The translations under genes and the position numbers were made by a program. A stretch of DNA of 64,000 nucleotides, taken from assembly GCA_016844925.1 (NCBI GenBank), contig JAERTI010000020.1, forward strand, positions 97-64,096, written 5' to 3'. Below the pieces are notes generated by a model that saw nothing but the letters and a program-made list of their open reading frames with translations, was not told the origin of the DNA and made no database searches. Positions 14,432-25,013 of the stretch are shown here, piece after piece (position 1 is the stretch's first letter; every line of letters begins with the position of its first letter). Origin of the DNA: Candidatus Uhrbacteria bacterium (GTDB lineage Bacteria > Patescibacteriota > Patescibacteriia > UBA9934 > GWF2-40-263).

Positions 14432-15745
14432 ATGTCTGATGTATTTAAGATTACTGGAGGGGCACCACTCCACGGAGAGATTACGCTTTCTGGTGCAAAA
14501 AATGCGGCTTCAAAAATGATGATTGCCAGCCTGCTTACAGATGAGCAGGTAATTTTGTTTAACGTTCCACGTCAGCGAGAGACGGAGATCACACAGGAGA
14601 TCCTTGAGGCAGTGGGGAGCAAGATCGATTGGAAAGATGACCACACGCTCCATGTGCATACGCCGGAGATTACGGATACGTCCGTGCGTAAGTTGTCACG
14701 ACGAAATCGCATTAGCATTCTTTCGATCGGTCCGCTCTTGCATCGCGCAGGAGAGGCGATCGTTCCTGGTCCTGGGGGATGTCCACTTGGCCCACGTCCG
14801 GTGAACTTTCATATTGAGATTCTTAAACAGATGGGAGCGGAGGTAGAGAATATTGAAGAGGGGTATCACGCCCGCGTGAACGGTCGGCTTCAAGGTGCGG
14901 TGATTGAGCTCGCATATCCTTCTGTCGGAGCGACGGAGACAGCGATCTTGGCTGGTGTGTTGGCTGAAGGCCGAACAACGATTCTGAATGCGGCAGGAGA
15001 GCCTGAGGTGAAGGAGCTTATTATGATGCTCCAGAATATGGGCGCGATCATTCAGGTAAACACTGGGCGTCATATTGAAATTATCGGCGTCGAGAAACTG
15101 CACGGCGTGCGCGCACGCGTGATGCCGGACCGTATGGAGGCTGCGTCGTATGCCTGCATGGCTCTTGGAACTGGTGGAGAGATTTTGGTGCGCGATGCAG
15201 AGCAGGCGCACATGATTACGTTTCTCAATGCTGTGCGAAAGATTGGGGGAGAGTACGAGGTTCGTCCTGACGGGATTTTGTTCCGTGGAACAAAGGGGCT
15301 GAAGGGGCTAGAGATGGAAACGGACACACACCCTGGGTTCATGACCGACTGGCAGCAGCCGTTTGTGGTTGTGCTGACGCAGGCCAAGGGGACAAGTGTG
15401 GTACATGAGACAGTGTATGAGGAGCGGTTTGGGTACACGAAATCGCTCGTGAAGATGGGGGCAGAGGTGACATTATTCAGTAATTGTCTTGGTGAGATCG
15501 AGTGCCGATTTAAAGGGCGTAACTATAAGCACTCAGCAGTGATTACCGGACCAAGGAATTTGAAAGCGGCAGAGGTTGAGGTGCCAGACATCCGCGCGGG
15601 ACTCGCGTTGGTGGTGGCAGCGCTGGTAGCTGATGGAACATCGACCTTGAGCGGGATTCATCACCTGGACCGCGGGTATGAACGGTTGGAGGAGAAGTTG
15701 AGAGGTGTGGGGGCGAAGATTGAACGTGTGAGTGTAAATGAGTAA
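14432..15745 (+). CDS. murA: UDP-N-acetylglucosamine 1-carboxyvinyltransferase
   Basis: N-terminus FKITGGAPLHGEITLSGAKNAASKMMIAS matches the MurA/EPSP-synthase fold. Length 437 aa. Confidence 0.9.
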   Translation: MSDVFKITGGAPLHGEITLSGAKNAASKMMIASLLTDEQVILFNVPRQRETEITQEILEAVGSKIDWKDDHTLHVHTPEITDTSVRKLSRRNRISILSIGPLLHRAGEAIVPGPGGCPLGPRPVNFHIEILKQMGAEVENIEEGYHARVNGRLQGAVIELAYPSVGATETAILAGVLAEGRTTILNAAGEPEVKELIMMLQNMGAIIQVNTGRHIEIIGVEKLHGVRARVMPDRMEAASYACMALGTGGEILVRDAEQAHMITFLNAVRKIGGEYEVRPDGILFRGTKGLKGLEMETDTHPGFMTDWQQPFVVVLTQAKGTSVVHETVYEERFGYTKSLVKMGAEVTLFSNCLGEIECRFKGRNYKHSAVITGPRNLKAAEVEVPDIRAGLALVVAALVADGTSTLSGIHHLDRGYERLEEKLRGVGAKIERVSVNE

Positions 15746-15756
15746 ACTAGTTACAT

Positions 15757-16326
15757 ATGGCTAGAGGAGACACAAGAGGACCACGAGATTTTTACTCAGG
15801 ACGGCTCAATGAACGAGATGCCCTTGGGGATTTTAAGCGAACCCCGGCATTTATGCGCGCGTATCGCGCTGCAGCGAATGAGCGCGGGTATGTGAACTAT
15901 CGGCAATCGGTGGAGTTGGTAGAACAGCATTACGAAGGAGACCCAACAAATCCCGCGAAGCCGCTCGCCAATGAATTGCGCATGGCAGTTATAGATGAGT
16001 TGGGACTTGAAACGGATGCTGACATGGATCGCATTAAATTTTTCACGGCCATTGGAACGCCACTCGATCATTTTCATGGGGTTGATGCGTGGATCGAGTT
16101 TGTTCCTGAGGTGGGGCCACCACGACGAGTAACAATTGATGTCACCCTTAACCCAAATAAGGAGACACATAAGGCGGACGTGATTGTTCAAGAATTTCCA
16201 GACCCGTCCGAAAATGAGGAGAGGTTCATGGAGCTTGTTTACGACAAGTATGCTCCGCAATTAGCGGATAAGCTGAGACCTGCGGTGAACATGATGATGC
16301 GACGACGAACACGGAAAGCCTCTTAA
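15757..16326 (+). CDS. Hypothetical protein
   Basis: 189-aa ORF with good coding periodicity. No motif recognised. Confidence 0.45.
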   Translation: MARGDTRGPRDFYSGRLNERDALGDFKRTPAFMRAYRAAANERGYVNYRQSVELVEQHYEGDPTNPAKPLANELRMAVIDELGLETDADMDRIKFFTAIGTPLDHFHGVDAWIEFVPEVGPPRRVTIDVTLNPNKETHKADVIVQEFPDPSENEERFMELVYDKYAPQLADKLRPAVNMMMRRRTRKAS

Positions 16327-16426
16327 CAGAAAAAGCGCCTTTGGGCGCTTTTGTCTTTGGAGATGTCTTGACAGGTGCTGATTCTGAGTTTATTCTCAGG
16401 CATCACTCAAACGGAAGGAGGCCGTT

Positions 16427-16747
16427 ATGCGAGTGGTTCGTTCGGTGCGGCGCTCTTCCGCGCCCTTGTGTTCTGTCTGCGATGGTCGTCTCGGCCAGCC
16501 GCCGATCGTGCTGTGCTCGGATTGCGTGCACCCCGATCGCGTCCGTACCTACTGCGCTGCTTGTGAGTGTCGTTTGGATCTCTCTCTGGAGGATGCCAAG
16601 ACGATGTTCTCTGCGGCGGGTTTGCAGGTCCCTCAGACGGGGATTGTGCTCCTGTTCACCAGCGGTTGCCCCAAGTGCGGCGACACGTTCTCTGCTCCCA
16701 CGGTCTTCTCCATGGAGAAGCCGGAGCCCCACGACCCTGTGGCATGA
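16427..16747 (+). CDS. GC-rich Cys-rich (4x CxxC) putative zinc-binding protein
   Basis: SD GGAAGGAGG before the ATG at 16427. Cys pairs CSVCDG, CSDC, CAACEC and CPKCGD. GC is well above the neighbours. Confidence 0.45.
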   Translation: MRVVRSVRRSSAPLCSVCDGRLGQPPIVLCSDCVHPDRVRTYCAACECRLDLSLEDAKTMFSAAGLQVPQTGIVLLFTSGCPKCGDTFSAPTVFSMEKPEPHDPVA

Positions 16748-16780
16748 CGCCGCAGGGGTTTTTCTTTATAATGCCTCCGT

Positions 16781-17464
16781 ATGTTTTTAGACCTTTTCTT
16801 TGGTTCACCAATGATTGCCCTGGCATGGGTGGCAGCGATTTTGATTTCGCTTACCGTGCACGAATTCTCTCATGCGCTTGTGGGAAAGCTTCGTGGGGAC
16901 AGGACGGCTGAGCGAGAAGGGAGGCTTACGCTCAATCCGATTTCGCACATGGACCCTCTTGGATTCCTCCTGATTCTGCTATTTGGATTCGGGTGGGCCA
17001 AGCCGGTACCCTACAATCCTTACAATCTAAAAGATCCAAAGTGGGACGCGGTGAAGATTGGCCTAGCAGGTCCGGCATCGAATTTAGTCCTCGCTGTCGC
17101 TGCAGGGCTAGGGTTTCGATTCTTGGTCGGTGGAGCGGCGTTGAGTGGACTTAATCTTCTAGCAATCTTCTTGTTCCTTTCGATTCTTTTGAATCTGTTC
17201 CTCCTTCTCTTTAATATTATTCCTGTACACCCCCTTGATGGGTCAAAGCTATTCTTCGCCCTCTTTGATCAGCCAAGGCACGCAAAATTGCGCCATCTTG
17301 TGGCTACGCGTGGTCCGCAGGTGCTCATGATCGCTGTACTTTTGAGTGCATTTACCAACCTCAACATCTTTTTCTTTATCTCCGAACCAGCATTTCTGGC
17401 CTGTGACGCACTGACAGGAACTAGCTGTATTGGTTATTTTTCAGCTATTTTCTCACTAATCTAG
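16781..17464 (+). CDS. Site-2 protease family zinc metalloprotease (peptidase M50)
   Basis: HEFSHAL (HExxH) lies in the first TM helix. The protein is multi-TM. Confidence 0.7.
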   Translation: MFLDLFFGSPMIALAWVAAILISLTVHEFSHALVGKLRGDRTAEREGRLTLNPISHMDPLGFLLILLFGFGWAKPVPYNPYNLKDPKWDAVKIGLAGPASNLVLAVAAGLGFRFLVGGAALSGLNLLAIFLFLSILLNLFLLLFNIIPVHPLDGSKLFFALFDQPRHAKLRHLVATRGPQVLMIAVLLSAFTNLNIFFFISEPAFLACDALTGTSCIGYFSAIFSLI

Positions 17465-17523
17465 CTGTGGACCCACGATCTTGACGCAAAATAAGGTGAA
17501 TGGTACGCTTCGGCCGAAATTTT

Positions 17524-17949
17524 ATGCCTACAGTCAACCAATTAATTCGCAAGGGTCGCAAGACCAAGCCGTCGAAGAGTAAGTCTCCGGCCATGCAGTA
17601 CACACTGGACTCACTGCACCGTAAGACCACTCCTTTGAAAAAGGGAAGTGCGTTCAAGCGTGGTGTATGTGTGAAGGTGACCACCATGACTCCAAAGAAA
17701 CCGAACTCAGCTATTCGAAAGATTGCTCGTGTTCGTCTTTCAAACGGAACAGAGGTGAACGCCTATATCCCAGGTGAGGGTCACAACCTTCAGGAGCACT
17801 CCATCGTGATGATTCGCGGAGGACGTGTGAAGGACCTTCCTGGTGTGCGCTACCACGTTGTTCGTGGTGTCTATGACACACAGGGTGTTGAAGGCCGCAT
17901 GCAGAGCCGCTCAAAGTACGGTGCGAAGCGTCCAAAGAAGAAAAAATAG
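17524..17949 (+). CDS. rpsL: 30S ribosomal protein S12
   Basis: [13 protein letters not shown]...[32 protein letters not shown]. Confidence 0.95.
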   Translation: MPTVNQLIRKGRKTKPSKSKSPAMQYTLDSLHRKTTPLKKGSAFKRGVCVKVTTMTPKKPNSAIRKIARVRLSNGTEVNAYIPGEGHNLQEHSIVMIRGGRVKDLPGVRYHVVRGVYDTQGVEGRMQSRSKYGAKRPKKKK

Positions 17950-18050
17950 ATCGTTAAGAAGTAGAGAGCATTGCTTTCTACTTTTATTTAATACATTCAT
18001 CGGAGTACCTCATCGCATGGGGGAAGGTCCGATGAGATAACGTCATAACT

Positions 18051-18521
18051 ATGCGAGGTAAGAAAGCCCCACGGCGTCAACTAACGCCAGATCCAAAGTT
18101 TGGTAACGTCTACGTTACGAAGCTTATTAATTACATTATGCTCGACGGTAAGAAGTCCATCGCCCGAAAGGTGGTGTACGACGCCTTCGACATCATGGCA
18201 GAGAAAACAAAGGAGGAAGCCATTGACGTGTTTGAAAAAGCATTGAAGAACGTGATGCCTTCTCTCGAGGTGAAGAGTAAGCGTGTTGGTGGTGCAAACT
18301 ACCAGGTGCCAATGTCTGTGCGCGGAGAGCGCCGATATGTATTGGCATACCGCTGGCTCATTGCGGCCGCTCGATCCAAGAAGGGGCGACCTATGGCACA
18401 GCGTCTTGCAGATGAATTGATTGCAGCTTCACAGGGAGAGGGTGACGCCATGAAAAAGAAACAAGACGTTCAGCGCATGGCAGAAGCCAACCGCGCCTTT
18501 GCTCACTTTGCACGACGATAA
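18051..18521 (+). CDS. rpsG: 30S ribosomal protein S7
   Basis: Canonical S7 sequence. It sits in the rpsL-rpsG-fusA gene order. Confidence 0.9.
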   Translation: MRGKKAPRRQLTPDPKFGNVYVTKLINYIMLDGKKSIARKVVYDAFDIMAEKTKEEAIDVFEKALKNVMPSLEVKSKRVGGANYQVPMSVRGERRYVLAYRWLIAAARSKKGRPMAQRLADELIAASQGEGDAMKKKQDVQRMAEANRAFAHFARR

Positions 18522-18530
18522 TCAACATAT

Positions 18531-20621
18531 ATGGCACGTGAATACCCATTGGATAAGATCCGTAACTTCGGAATTTTTGCGCACATTGACGCAGGAAAGA
18601 CTACTGTTTCAGAGCGCATCCTTTTTTACACTGGACGAAAGCACAAGATTGGTGAGGTGCACGAAGGTGGTGCAACCATGGACTGGATGGAGCAGGAGCA
18701 GGAGCGTGGAATCACTATTACTGCAGCTGCAACAACGTGTTTCTGGAAGGATCATCAGTTGAACCTGATTGATACTCCAGGGCACATTGACTTTACTGTT
18801 GAGGTGAAGCGCTCTATGCGCGTGCTCGATGGTGGTATTGCTGTATTTGATGGTGTTGCTGGAGTGGAGCCACAGTCTGAGACAAACTGGCGCTACGCTG
18901 ATGATTACAAAGTTCCTCGCTTGGTCTTCATTAACAAGATGGACCGTACGGGAGCAGATTTCTTTAAGGACCTTGATTCAATCCATGACCGATTGACCAA
19001 GAATGCTTACCCAATCCAGTTGCCAATCGGAGCAGAGGCAGATTTCCTTGGAGTGATCGACTTGGTGAAGATGAATGCCACAATTTATAAAGATGAGCTT
19101 GGTCGTGAGATGGAAGTTGTTGAGATTCCAGCTGAGTACAAAGAACAGGCGGACGAGTGGCGTGCAAAGTTGCTCGAGGCTGTTGCTGAGAACGACGAGA
19201 CTCTCATGGAGAAGTACCTTGGTGGTGAAGAGATTACCGAGGAAGAAATTGTTACGGTTATTCGACGGGCTACACTCGCCAACGAGTTTGTTCCTGTTAT
19301 GTGTGGAACCGCTTTGAAGAATAAGGGTGTACAGCTCCTTCTTGATGCGGCTGTCGCCTACCTACCAAGTCCAATTGACGTTGAGGCTGTGACAGGAACA
19401 GATCCAGATGATGAAGAGGTTGAGCTCAAACGTGAGCATTCTACAGAAGATCCTTTTGCAGCATTGGCGTTTAAGATCGCCGCTGACCCATTCGTCGGGA
19501 AGCTGGCATTCTTCCGTGTCTATTCTGGAAAGGTGAAAGCAGGTTCTTACATCTTGAACACTTCAACAGGTAAGCGTGAGCGTGTTGGTCGTATTGTGCG
19601 TCTGCACGCAAACTCTCGTGAGGAAGTTGAGGAGGTGTATGCGGGTGAGATTGCCGCCATGGTGGGTCTGAAAGAAACATTTACTGGTCACACACTATCT
19701 GATCCAGAAAACCCAATTCTTCTTGAGTCTATCGTTTTCCCTGAGCCAGTTATCTCGATCGCGATCGAGCCAAAGACAAAGCAGGACCAGGAGAAGATGG
19801 GTGTCGCTTTGCAGAAGCTTGCTGAGGAAGATCCAACATTCCGTGTTCGTACAGATGAGGAGACCAACCAGGTTATCATTTCAGGAATGGGAGAGCTGCA
19901 CTTGGACATCATTGTTGATCGTCTAAAGCGTGAGTTCTCCGTTGAGTGTAACGTTGGTCAGCCACAGGTAAGCTACCGTGAGACCGTGAAAGGAAATAGT
20001 GAAGGAGAAGGAAAGTTTGTTCGTCAGTCTGGTGGACGTGGTCAGTATGGTCACTGTCAAGTACGCATGGAGAAACTTGAGCCAGGTGAAGGTGTTCAGT
20101 TCGAAGAGGTTGTGAAAGGTGGTGCTATTCCAAAAGAGTACTTCAACGCCATTGAGAAGGGTGTTCGTGAGGCGGCTGACAGAGGTGTTGTCGCTGGGTA
20201 TCCTGTATTGGATCTGAAGATTACTTTGTACGATGGAACGTATCACGATGTTGACTCTTCTGAAGCTGCCTTTAAGATCGCTGGATCCATGGCGTTCCAG
20301 GATGCTGCTAAGAAGGCAGGAATTGATTTGCTCGAGCCTGTGATGAAGGTTGAGGTGAGTACACCAGAAGACTTCATGGGAACCGTTGTGGGAGATCTCA
20401 ATGCAAAACGTGGTCAGATTCAGGAGATGAATGACCGTGCGGGCGCGAAGATGATTACGGCGTTCGTGCCGTTGGCTGAGATGTTTGGCTACGCAACGTC
20501 CCTCCGTTCTATTACCCAGGGTCGTGCAAGCTACTCAATGGAGTTTGATCACTACGCAGTAGTGCCATCAAATGTTGCCAAAGACATTATTGAGAAGCGC
20601 GGAGGAAGCGCATCAAAGTAG
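18531..20621 (+). CDS. fusA: Elongation factor G
   Basis: G1 motif AHIDAGKTT followed by DTPGHVDF. Length 696 aa. Confidence 0.95.
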   Translation: MAREYPLDKIRNFGIFAHIDAGKTTVSERILFYTGRKHKIGEVHEGGATMDWMEQEQERGITITAAATTCFWKDHQLNLIDTPGHIDFTVEVKRSMRVLDGGIAVFDGVAGVEPQSETNWRYADDYKVPRLVFINKMDRTGADFFKDLDSIHDRLTKNAYPIQLPIGAEADFLGVIDLVKMNATIYKDELGREMEVVEIPAEYKEQADEWRAKLLEAVAENDETLMEKYLGGEEITEEEIVTVIRRATLANEFVPVMCGTALKNKGVQLLLDAAVAYLPSPIDVEAVTGTDPDDEEVELKREHSTEDPFAALAFKIAADPFVGKLAFFRVYSGKVKAGSYILNTSTGKRERVGRIVRLHANSREEVEEVYAGEIAAMVGLKETFTGHTLSDPENPILLESIVFPEPVISIAIEPKTKQDQEKMGVALQKLAEEDPTFRVRTDEETNQVIISGMGELHLDIIVDRLKREFSVECNVGQPQVSYRETVKGNSEGEGKFVRQSGGRGQYGHCQVRMEKLEPGEGVQFEEVVKGGAIPKEYFNAIEKGVREAADRGVVAGYPVLDLKITLYDGTYHDVDSSEAAFKIAGSMAFQDAAKKAGIDLLEPVMKVEVSTPEDFMGTVVGDLNAKRGQIQEMNDRAGAKMITAFVPLAEMFGYATSLRSITQGRASYSMEFDHYAVVPSNVAKDIIEKRGGSASK

Positions 20622-20627
20622 AATATA

Positions 20628-20656
20628 AAAACAGAGCCCTTGAGGCTCTGTTTTGT
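20628..20656. terminator. Bidirectional intrinsic terminator between fusA and the convergent methyltransferase gene
   Basis: CAGAGCCCTTGAGGCTCTG hairpin flanked by A- and T-runs. Confidence 0.5.
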
Positions 20657-21196
20657 TTACAGTGTGTAAAGAAGGGCCTTTCCTTGTTTTGCCACAGGTG
20701 TACGTCCTGGTAGTTCAAAGGCATGTGAGACGATACGAGTGCCTTTGGGGAGCTCAAGTTCGATTTTATCGCGTAGCTTCTCCATGGAATAGGGGATCTG
20801 GTACAAGAATACGAGAGTTGTTCCACCAAGGTCCGCCTTCCACATAGACTGCTTCTTTACTTGGATCCTATCGTCAACGTTTGCACGCTTCGCTTTTTGT
20901 CGTGCAAGTTTCACGAGGCCAGGATGGATTTCATATCCGATGGCTCTTGCTGCGCCAGCCTTCGCGGCTGCGATAAGAAGCCGGCCGTCACCCGATCCTA
21001 GGTCGATGACCGAGTCCGTTGGTTTTATGTCAGCCAGAGCAATCATGTCTTCAACAACGTCGTGTCCAGTTGGTACATAGGGTCCTCCTCCAGCTATGAT
21101 AGGAATGAGCATGCTGCCAAACCACCAGATTGCCGCTATGTCGATCGCAATGATGAGCGCTGCGAATAGGAGAAAGGTAAATGTGATAATATCCAT
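20657..21196 (-). CDS. Class I SAM-dependent methyltransferase with an N-terminal TM helix
   Basis: Motif I VIDLGSGDGRLL. N-terminal hydrophobic segment. Confidence 0.55.
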   Translation of the reverse strand: MDIITFTFLLFAALIIAIDIAAIWWFGSMLIPIIAGGGPYVPTGHDVVEDMIALADIKPTDSVIDLGSGDGRLLIAAAKAGAARAIGYEIHPGLVKLARQKAKRANVDDRIQVKKQSMWKADLGGTTLVFLYQIPYSMEKLRDKIELELPKGTRIVSHAFELPGRTPVAKQGKALLYTL

Positions 21197-21201
21197 ACGC
21201 T

Positions 21202-22221
21202 ATGAATGATCTTATTCCAAAACAGGTTCTTGATGCCTATGATATCGGGAAAATTGTTTCCTTGAAAGCGGTTACTGACGGTTTGGTGCATCAAACGTTT
21301 GAACTAAAGACAGATGAGGGGAGGTTTATTCTTCAGAATGTACATCCAGTGCTTGCAACAAAAGCGGTTGGAGCCGATTTTTTGGCTGTCACGCACCATC
21401 TGGCTGAACAGGGGTTTCCAAGCCCTGAGGCTGTCTTATCAAAAGATGGAGAAATACTAGTTGCCCACGAGGGGAATAAGTGGCGCATGCAGACGAAATT
21501 GTCCGGAAAAACCGTGCATGTGCTGGAGGATCGATTAATGGCTCGGGAGGCTGGTGAGATTTATGCCAGGTTTCATCACGTAATGGATGGGATGAAGTAC
21601 ACCTTTAAGGCGAAGAAGCTTTTGCATGAGACGCGAAAGATTTACAATAAGTTTTTGGGGGAGATACGTCGACCTAAATACACGTCGTTGCTAAGTGATG
21701 TAGAGGAAGAGATCACGTTTATTAAGGAGGAGATGCCCAAGTTCTTTTTGCCAGAAGATCTTCCCTTGCGCGTGATCCATGGTGATCCAAAGATTTCGAA
21801 TGTGTTGTTCGATCGAAACGGTAAGGCTAAGGCGATTATTGATCTCGATACATGCAATCGCCGCCCGTTGTTGGTAGAATTAGGTGATGCATTCCGGTCG
21901 TGGTGTGGTAACGCTGAAGATGATCCAAAGAATAAATTCTGCCTACGCATGTTTCAGTCTGCTTGGGGAGGGTACCGAGAAGGGATTGGGGATTTGATGA
22001 CTGATCGAGAGCGGGCCCATCTTGCTCAGTCGATCGGTACGATCACTCTTGAGCTTGCCTGCAGGTTTCTTACAGATTATTTCACGGATAACTATTTTGG
22101 CTGGGACCCTAAACGGTATGCGTCGCGGCGTGAGCACAATCTCGCACGGTGTCGAGGTCAAATTAAGGAATTTCTTGATTACAAAAAGAAGTTACCAAAG
22201 ATCGAGAAGATGATTGGGTAA
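21202..22221 (+). CDS. Phosphotransferase-family kinase (APH / choline-kinase-like fold)
   Basis: Brenner motif VIHGDPKISNVLFD and IDLDT. Confidence 0.55.
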   Translation: MNDLIPKQVLDAYDIGKIVSLKAVTDGLVHQTFELKTDEGRFILQNVHPVLATKAVGADFLAVTHHLAEQGFPSPEAVLSKDGEILVAHEGNKWRMQTKLSGKTVHVLEDRLMAREAGEIYARFHHVMDGMKYTFKAKKLLHETRKIYNKFLGEIRRPKYTSLLSDVEEEITFIKEEMPKFFLPEDLPLRVIHGDPKISNVLFDRNGKAKAIIDLDTCNRRPLLVELGDAFRSWCGNAEDDPKNKFCLRMFQSAWGGYREGIGDLMTDRERAHLAQSIGTITLELACRFLTDYFTDNYFGWDPKRYASRREHNLARCRGQIKEFLDYKKKLPKIEKMIG

Positions 22222-22226
22222 AACAA

Positions 22227-22254
22227 AACACTCCGCCAGAAGCGGGGTGTTTTC
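22227..22254 (+). terminator. Intrinsic terminator
   Basis: ACACTCCGC...GCGGGGTGT hairpin followed by TTTTC. Confidence 0.45.
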
Positions 22255-22467
22255 TATCTGAGCATGGAAGTTCTGTTTCAGGCTTGACTGTGTTACTCCG
22301 TCCTGTTCATCAACCTCTTTCCTGTGCTTGTGTGGCTCAGATGGCTTCCGTTGAATTGAATCAGCGGGTATATCGCGATACTGCACAAGAGAAGAGAATA
22401 GCAGGAATAGGTGATTTCGTCAAGGCATAATGTGTCTTTGTCCTTAAAAACGGGTGTAAATAGCTTC

Positions 22468-22495
22468 TTGACACCCCGGTGGCATGGGCTACAAT
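22468..22495 (+). promoter_or_regulatory. Near-consensus sigma70 promoter (TTGACA, 16 nt, TACAAT) whose start site falls about 3 nt before the ATG at 22505
   Basis: TTGACA at 22468-22473 and TACAAT at 22490-22495. The downstream ORF's first in-frame ATGs are at 22505 and 22508. Confidence 0.45.
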
Positions 22496-22504
22496 GCCGG
22501 CACT

Positions 22505-22993
22505 ATGATGAATAACTTTGAACGTATCTTAAGGCTCGTTCAACGTACGGGCGACAGGGTGGTGGTTCTTGAGAAAGAAACTGACCAGGCATATGTTGTT
22601 ATGGATCTTGATGAATACGAGACCATGCTTGATGTGCAGCATGATTTGTCCATTGTGGATGACCAGGAGATGGTTAATGCAAGTGATGAATCAGGGCTTC
22701 TACAGGAAGAAGTTTTGAACACGGGGGAACTTGATGGTGGTGACAGTGAAGGGGTAGACGTGTGGGACGTAATGCAGGGTGCAAACGACAGTGGTCAGAC
22801 CTGGGACCCAACCTCGCTTTCTGAGGAAGAGCTTGTGGATCTGGAGCAGCAATACCAAGCTTTTGCCAATAGACATGTTCAGGAGGCAATTGACGAGGTG
22901 CAAGTACCTCAGGGCTTATCGCCAAATCTTGAGGCATCTACGGATGAAGATGAATACGGTGAAGAGTCTTTTTATCTTGAGCCTGTAGAATAA
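22505..22993 (+). CDS. Highly acidic hypothetical protein
   Basis: 162-aa D/E-rich ORF. The ORF-track start at 22484 lies inside the promoter, so the start was moved to 22505. Confidence 0.4.
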   Translation: MMNNFERILRLVQRTGDRVVVLEKETDQAYVVMDLDEYETMLDVQHDLSIVDDQEMVNASDESGLLQEEVLNTGELDGGDSEGVDVWDVMQGANDSGQTWDPTSLSEEELVDLEQQYQAFANRHVQEAIDEVQVPQGLSPNLEASTDEDEYGEESFYLEPVE

Positions 22994-23054
22994 GCCTGTT
23001 TTACAGTGTTAATAACTCGTGGGTAGGATGCTTGCACGTTTTGAGTCCCTCTGT

Positions 23055-23085
23055 TATACTCCCCCACGTCTCTAAATTGACGTAA
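23055..23085 (+). promoter_or_regulatory. Promoter upstream of tuf (TTGCAC, 17 nt, TATACT)
   Basis: ttgcacgttttgagtccctctgttatact. Confidence 0.4.
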
Positions 23086-23143
23086 AAAATCGTTTAAAAA
23101 CGTAATTAATTTCGGGCATGTTTGCCCAAATCCTTGTAACGTT

Positions 23144-24337
23144 ATGGCCGAAGTCTTTGAGCGAAACAAGCCGCACGTAAACGTTGGTACCATTGGTCAC
23201 GTTGACCACGGTAAGACTACTACGACGGCAGCCCTCCTTGCAGTTTTGAATGCAAAGGGAATGAGCGCCCAGTCAAAGGGTGTTGATGATTTGGACAAAG
23301 CTCCAGAGTCAAAGGAGCGTGGTATTACCATCGCTACTGCTCACTGTGAGTATGAGTCTGACAAGCGTCACTATGCGCACGTCGACTGCCCAGGTCACGC
23401 TGACTACATTAAGAACATGATTACCGGTGCCGCACAGATGGACGGAGCTATCTTGGTTGTGTCTGCTGCTGACGGTCCAATGCCACAGACTCGTGAGCAC
23501 ATCCTTCTTGCTAAGCAGGTTGGGGTGCCAGCTGTTGTAGTATTTTTGAACAAAATTGATCAGGTTGACGATCCTGAGTTGGTTGACCTTGTTGAAGAGG
23601 AAGTACGTGATCTTCTTAAGCAGTACGAGTTCCCTGGCGATGATGTGCCAGTTATTCGTGGATCTGCATTGAAGGCTGTTGAGAATCCAACAGACGAAGA
23701 GGCTATCAAGCCAATCATGGAGATCGTTGATGCATTGGACAACTACATCCCAGAGCCAGTGCGTGACACAGAAAAGCCATACCTCATGCCTATCGAAGAC
23801 GTTTTCTCTATTGAGGGACGTGGAACAGTTGTAACTGGTCGTATCGAGCGCGGTATTGTGAAGGTTGGTGAAGAGATTGAGATTGTTGGTATCAAGGAGG
23901 AGTCATCTAAGACCACCGTTACAGGTGTTGAGATGTTCAACAAGTCTCTTGATGAGGGGCGTGCTGGTGATAACGCCGGTATCCTTCTTCGTGGAGTAAA
24001 GAAAGAGGATGTTGAGCGTGGAATGGTTCTTGCTGCTCCAGGTTCTATCACTCCACATACTGAATTTGAGGCAGAGGTCTACGCTCTTTCAAAGGAAGAG
24101 GGTGGTCGTCATAAGCCGTTTTTCAAGGGATACAAGCCACAGTTCTACATCCGTACAACTGATGTGACTGGTGAAGTTACTTTGCCAGAGGGAACAGAGA
24201 TGGTTATGCCTGGTGATACAGTCAATTTGGTTATCAAGTTGATTCAGCCAGTTGCCCTTGAGGAAAAGATGTCCTTTGCTATCCGCGAGGGAGGTCGCAC
24301 GGTAGGAGCTGGAATTGTAACCAAGATTATCAACTAA
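23144..24337 (+). CDS. tuf: Elongation factor Tu
   Basis: GHVDHGKTT and DCPGHADY motifs. Length 397 aa. Confidence 0.95.
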   Translation: MAEVFERNKPHVNVGTIGHVDHGKTTTTAALLAVLNAKGMSAQSKGVDDLDKAPESKERGITIATAHCEYESDKRHYAHVDCPGHADYIKNMITGAAQMDGAILVVSAADGPMPQTREHILLAKQVGVPAVVVFLNKIDQVDDPELVDLVEEEVRDLLKQYEFPGDDVPVIRGSALKAVENPTDEEAIKPIMEIVDALDNYIPEPVRDTEKPYLMPIEDVFSIEGRGTVVTGRIERGIVKVGEEIEIVGIKEESSKTTVTGVEMFNKSLDEGRAGDNAGILLRGVKKEDVERGMVLAAPGSITPHTEFEAEVYALSKEEGGRHKPFFKGYKPQFYIRTTDVTGEVTLPEGTEMVMPGDTVNLVIKLIQPVALEEKMSFAIREGGRTVGAGIVTKIIN

Positions 24338-24344
24338 TAATTTT

Positions 24345-24375
24345 AGGAGGGGCGGGTAACCGTCCCTCCTTTTCG
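24345..24375 (+). terminator. Intrinsic terminator after tuf
   Basis: AGGAGGGGCGGGTAACCGTCCCTCCTTTT. Confidence 0.55.
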
Positions 24376-24391
24376 TTCTTTCTTTACGCTT

Positions 24392-24724
24392 GTGTCAGAA
24401 GAGAAAAAAACAACAGAAGAAAAGCCACGCATCCGGATCAAGATCAAAGCTTATGATCATAAAATTATTGATCAGGCTACTCAGACGATCATCAAGACCG
24501 CTGAGCGATCTGGTGCGCAGGTGGTTGGTCCAGTTCCGCTTCCAACAGAGAAGCGGAAGTACACTGTGAACAAATCAACGTTTGTTCACAAGGATTCACG
24601 AGAACAGTATGAAATGCGGGTGCATAAGCGCCTCATTGACATCACGAGTCCAACAGACCGAACCATTGATTCGCTCATGAGCTTGAATCTACCTGCTGGC
24701 GTAGACGTTGAAATCAAAACCTAA
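24392..24724 (+). CDS. rpsJ: 30S ribosomal protein S10 (GTG start, about 10-aa N-terminal extension)
   Basis: [15 protein letters not shown]... Confidence 0.85.
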   Translation: MSEEKKTTEEKPRIRIKIKAYDHKIIDQATQTIIKTAERSGAQVVGPVPLPTEKRKYTVNKSTFVHKDSREQYEMRVHKRLIDITSPTDRTIDSLMSLNLPAGVDVEIKT

Positions 24725-25013
24725 CCCAGATGGGGTGGGGAATGAGAAGAGATTAAGATGTGTCTTTTCAACACCCACCCTGTCTACAAGCGATTCGAAA
24801 ACGTGGAAGAGAGATCTCGTGCCTATAGACGCGGAACTCGGAGAAAACCTTCCTGTGGTTGACGAAATCGTTACGGAGAACTTGCTACCTAACATTATTA
24901 CAATACTCTCAATCAGAACTCGCGAGCAACGATGCTCGTTTGGATTGTGAGGCTAGAAGCCGGCAGAGGTAGTTTTCACCTCTATCGACTTCTAGCTTTT
25001 ATGCTAGTTTCAT

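Noticed and set aside
22192-22386. 64-aa minus-strand ORF in the gap between the kinase-like gene and the acidic-protein gene
   Set aside because: No RBS or promoter. It overlaps the terminator of the upstream gene. The region more likely holds only regulatory or leader sequence.
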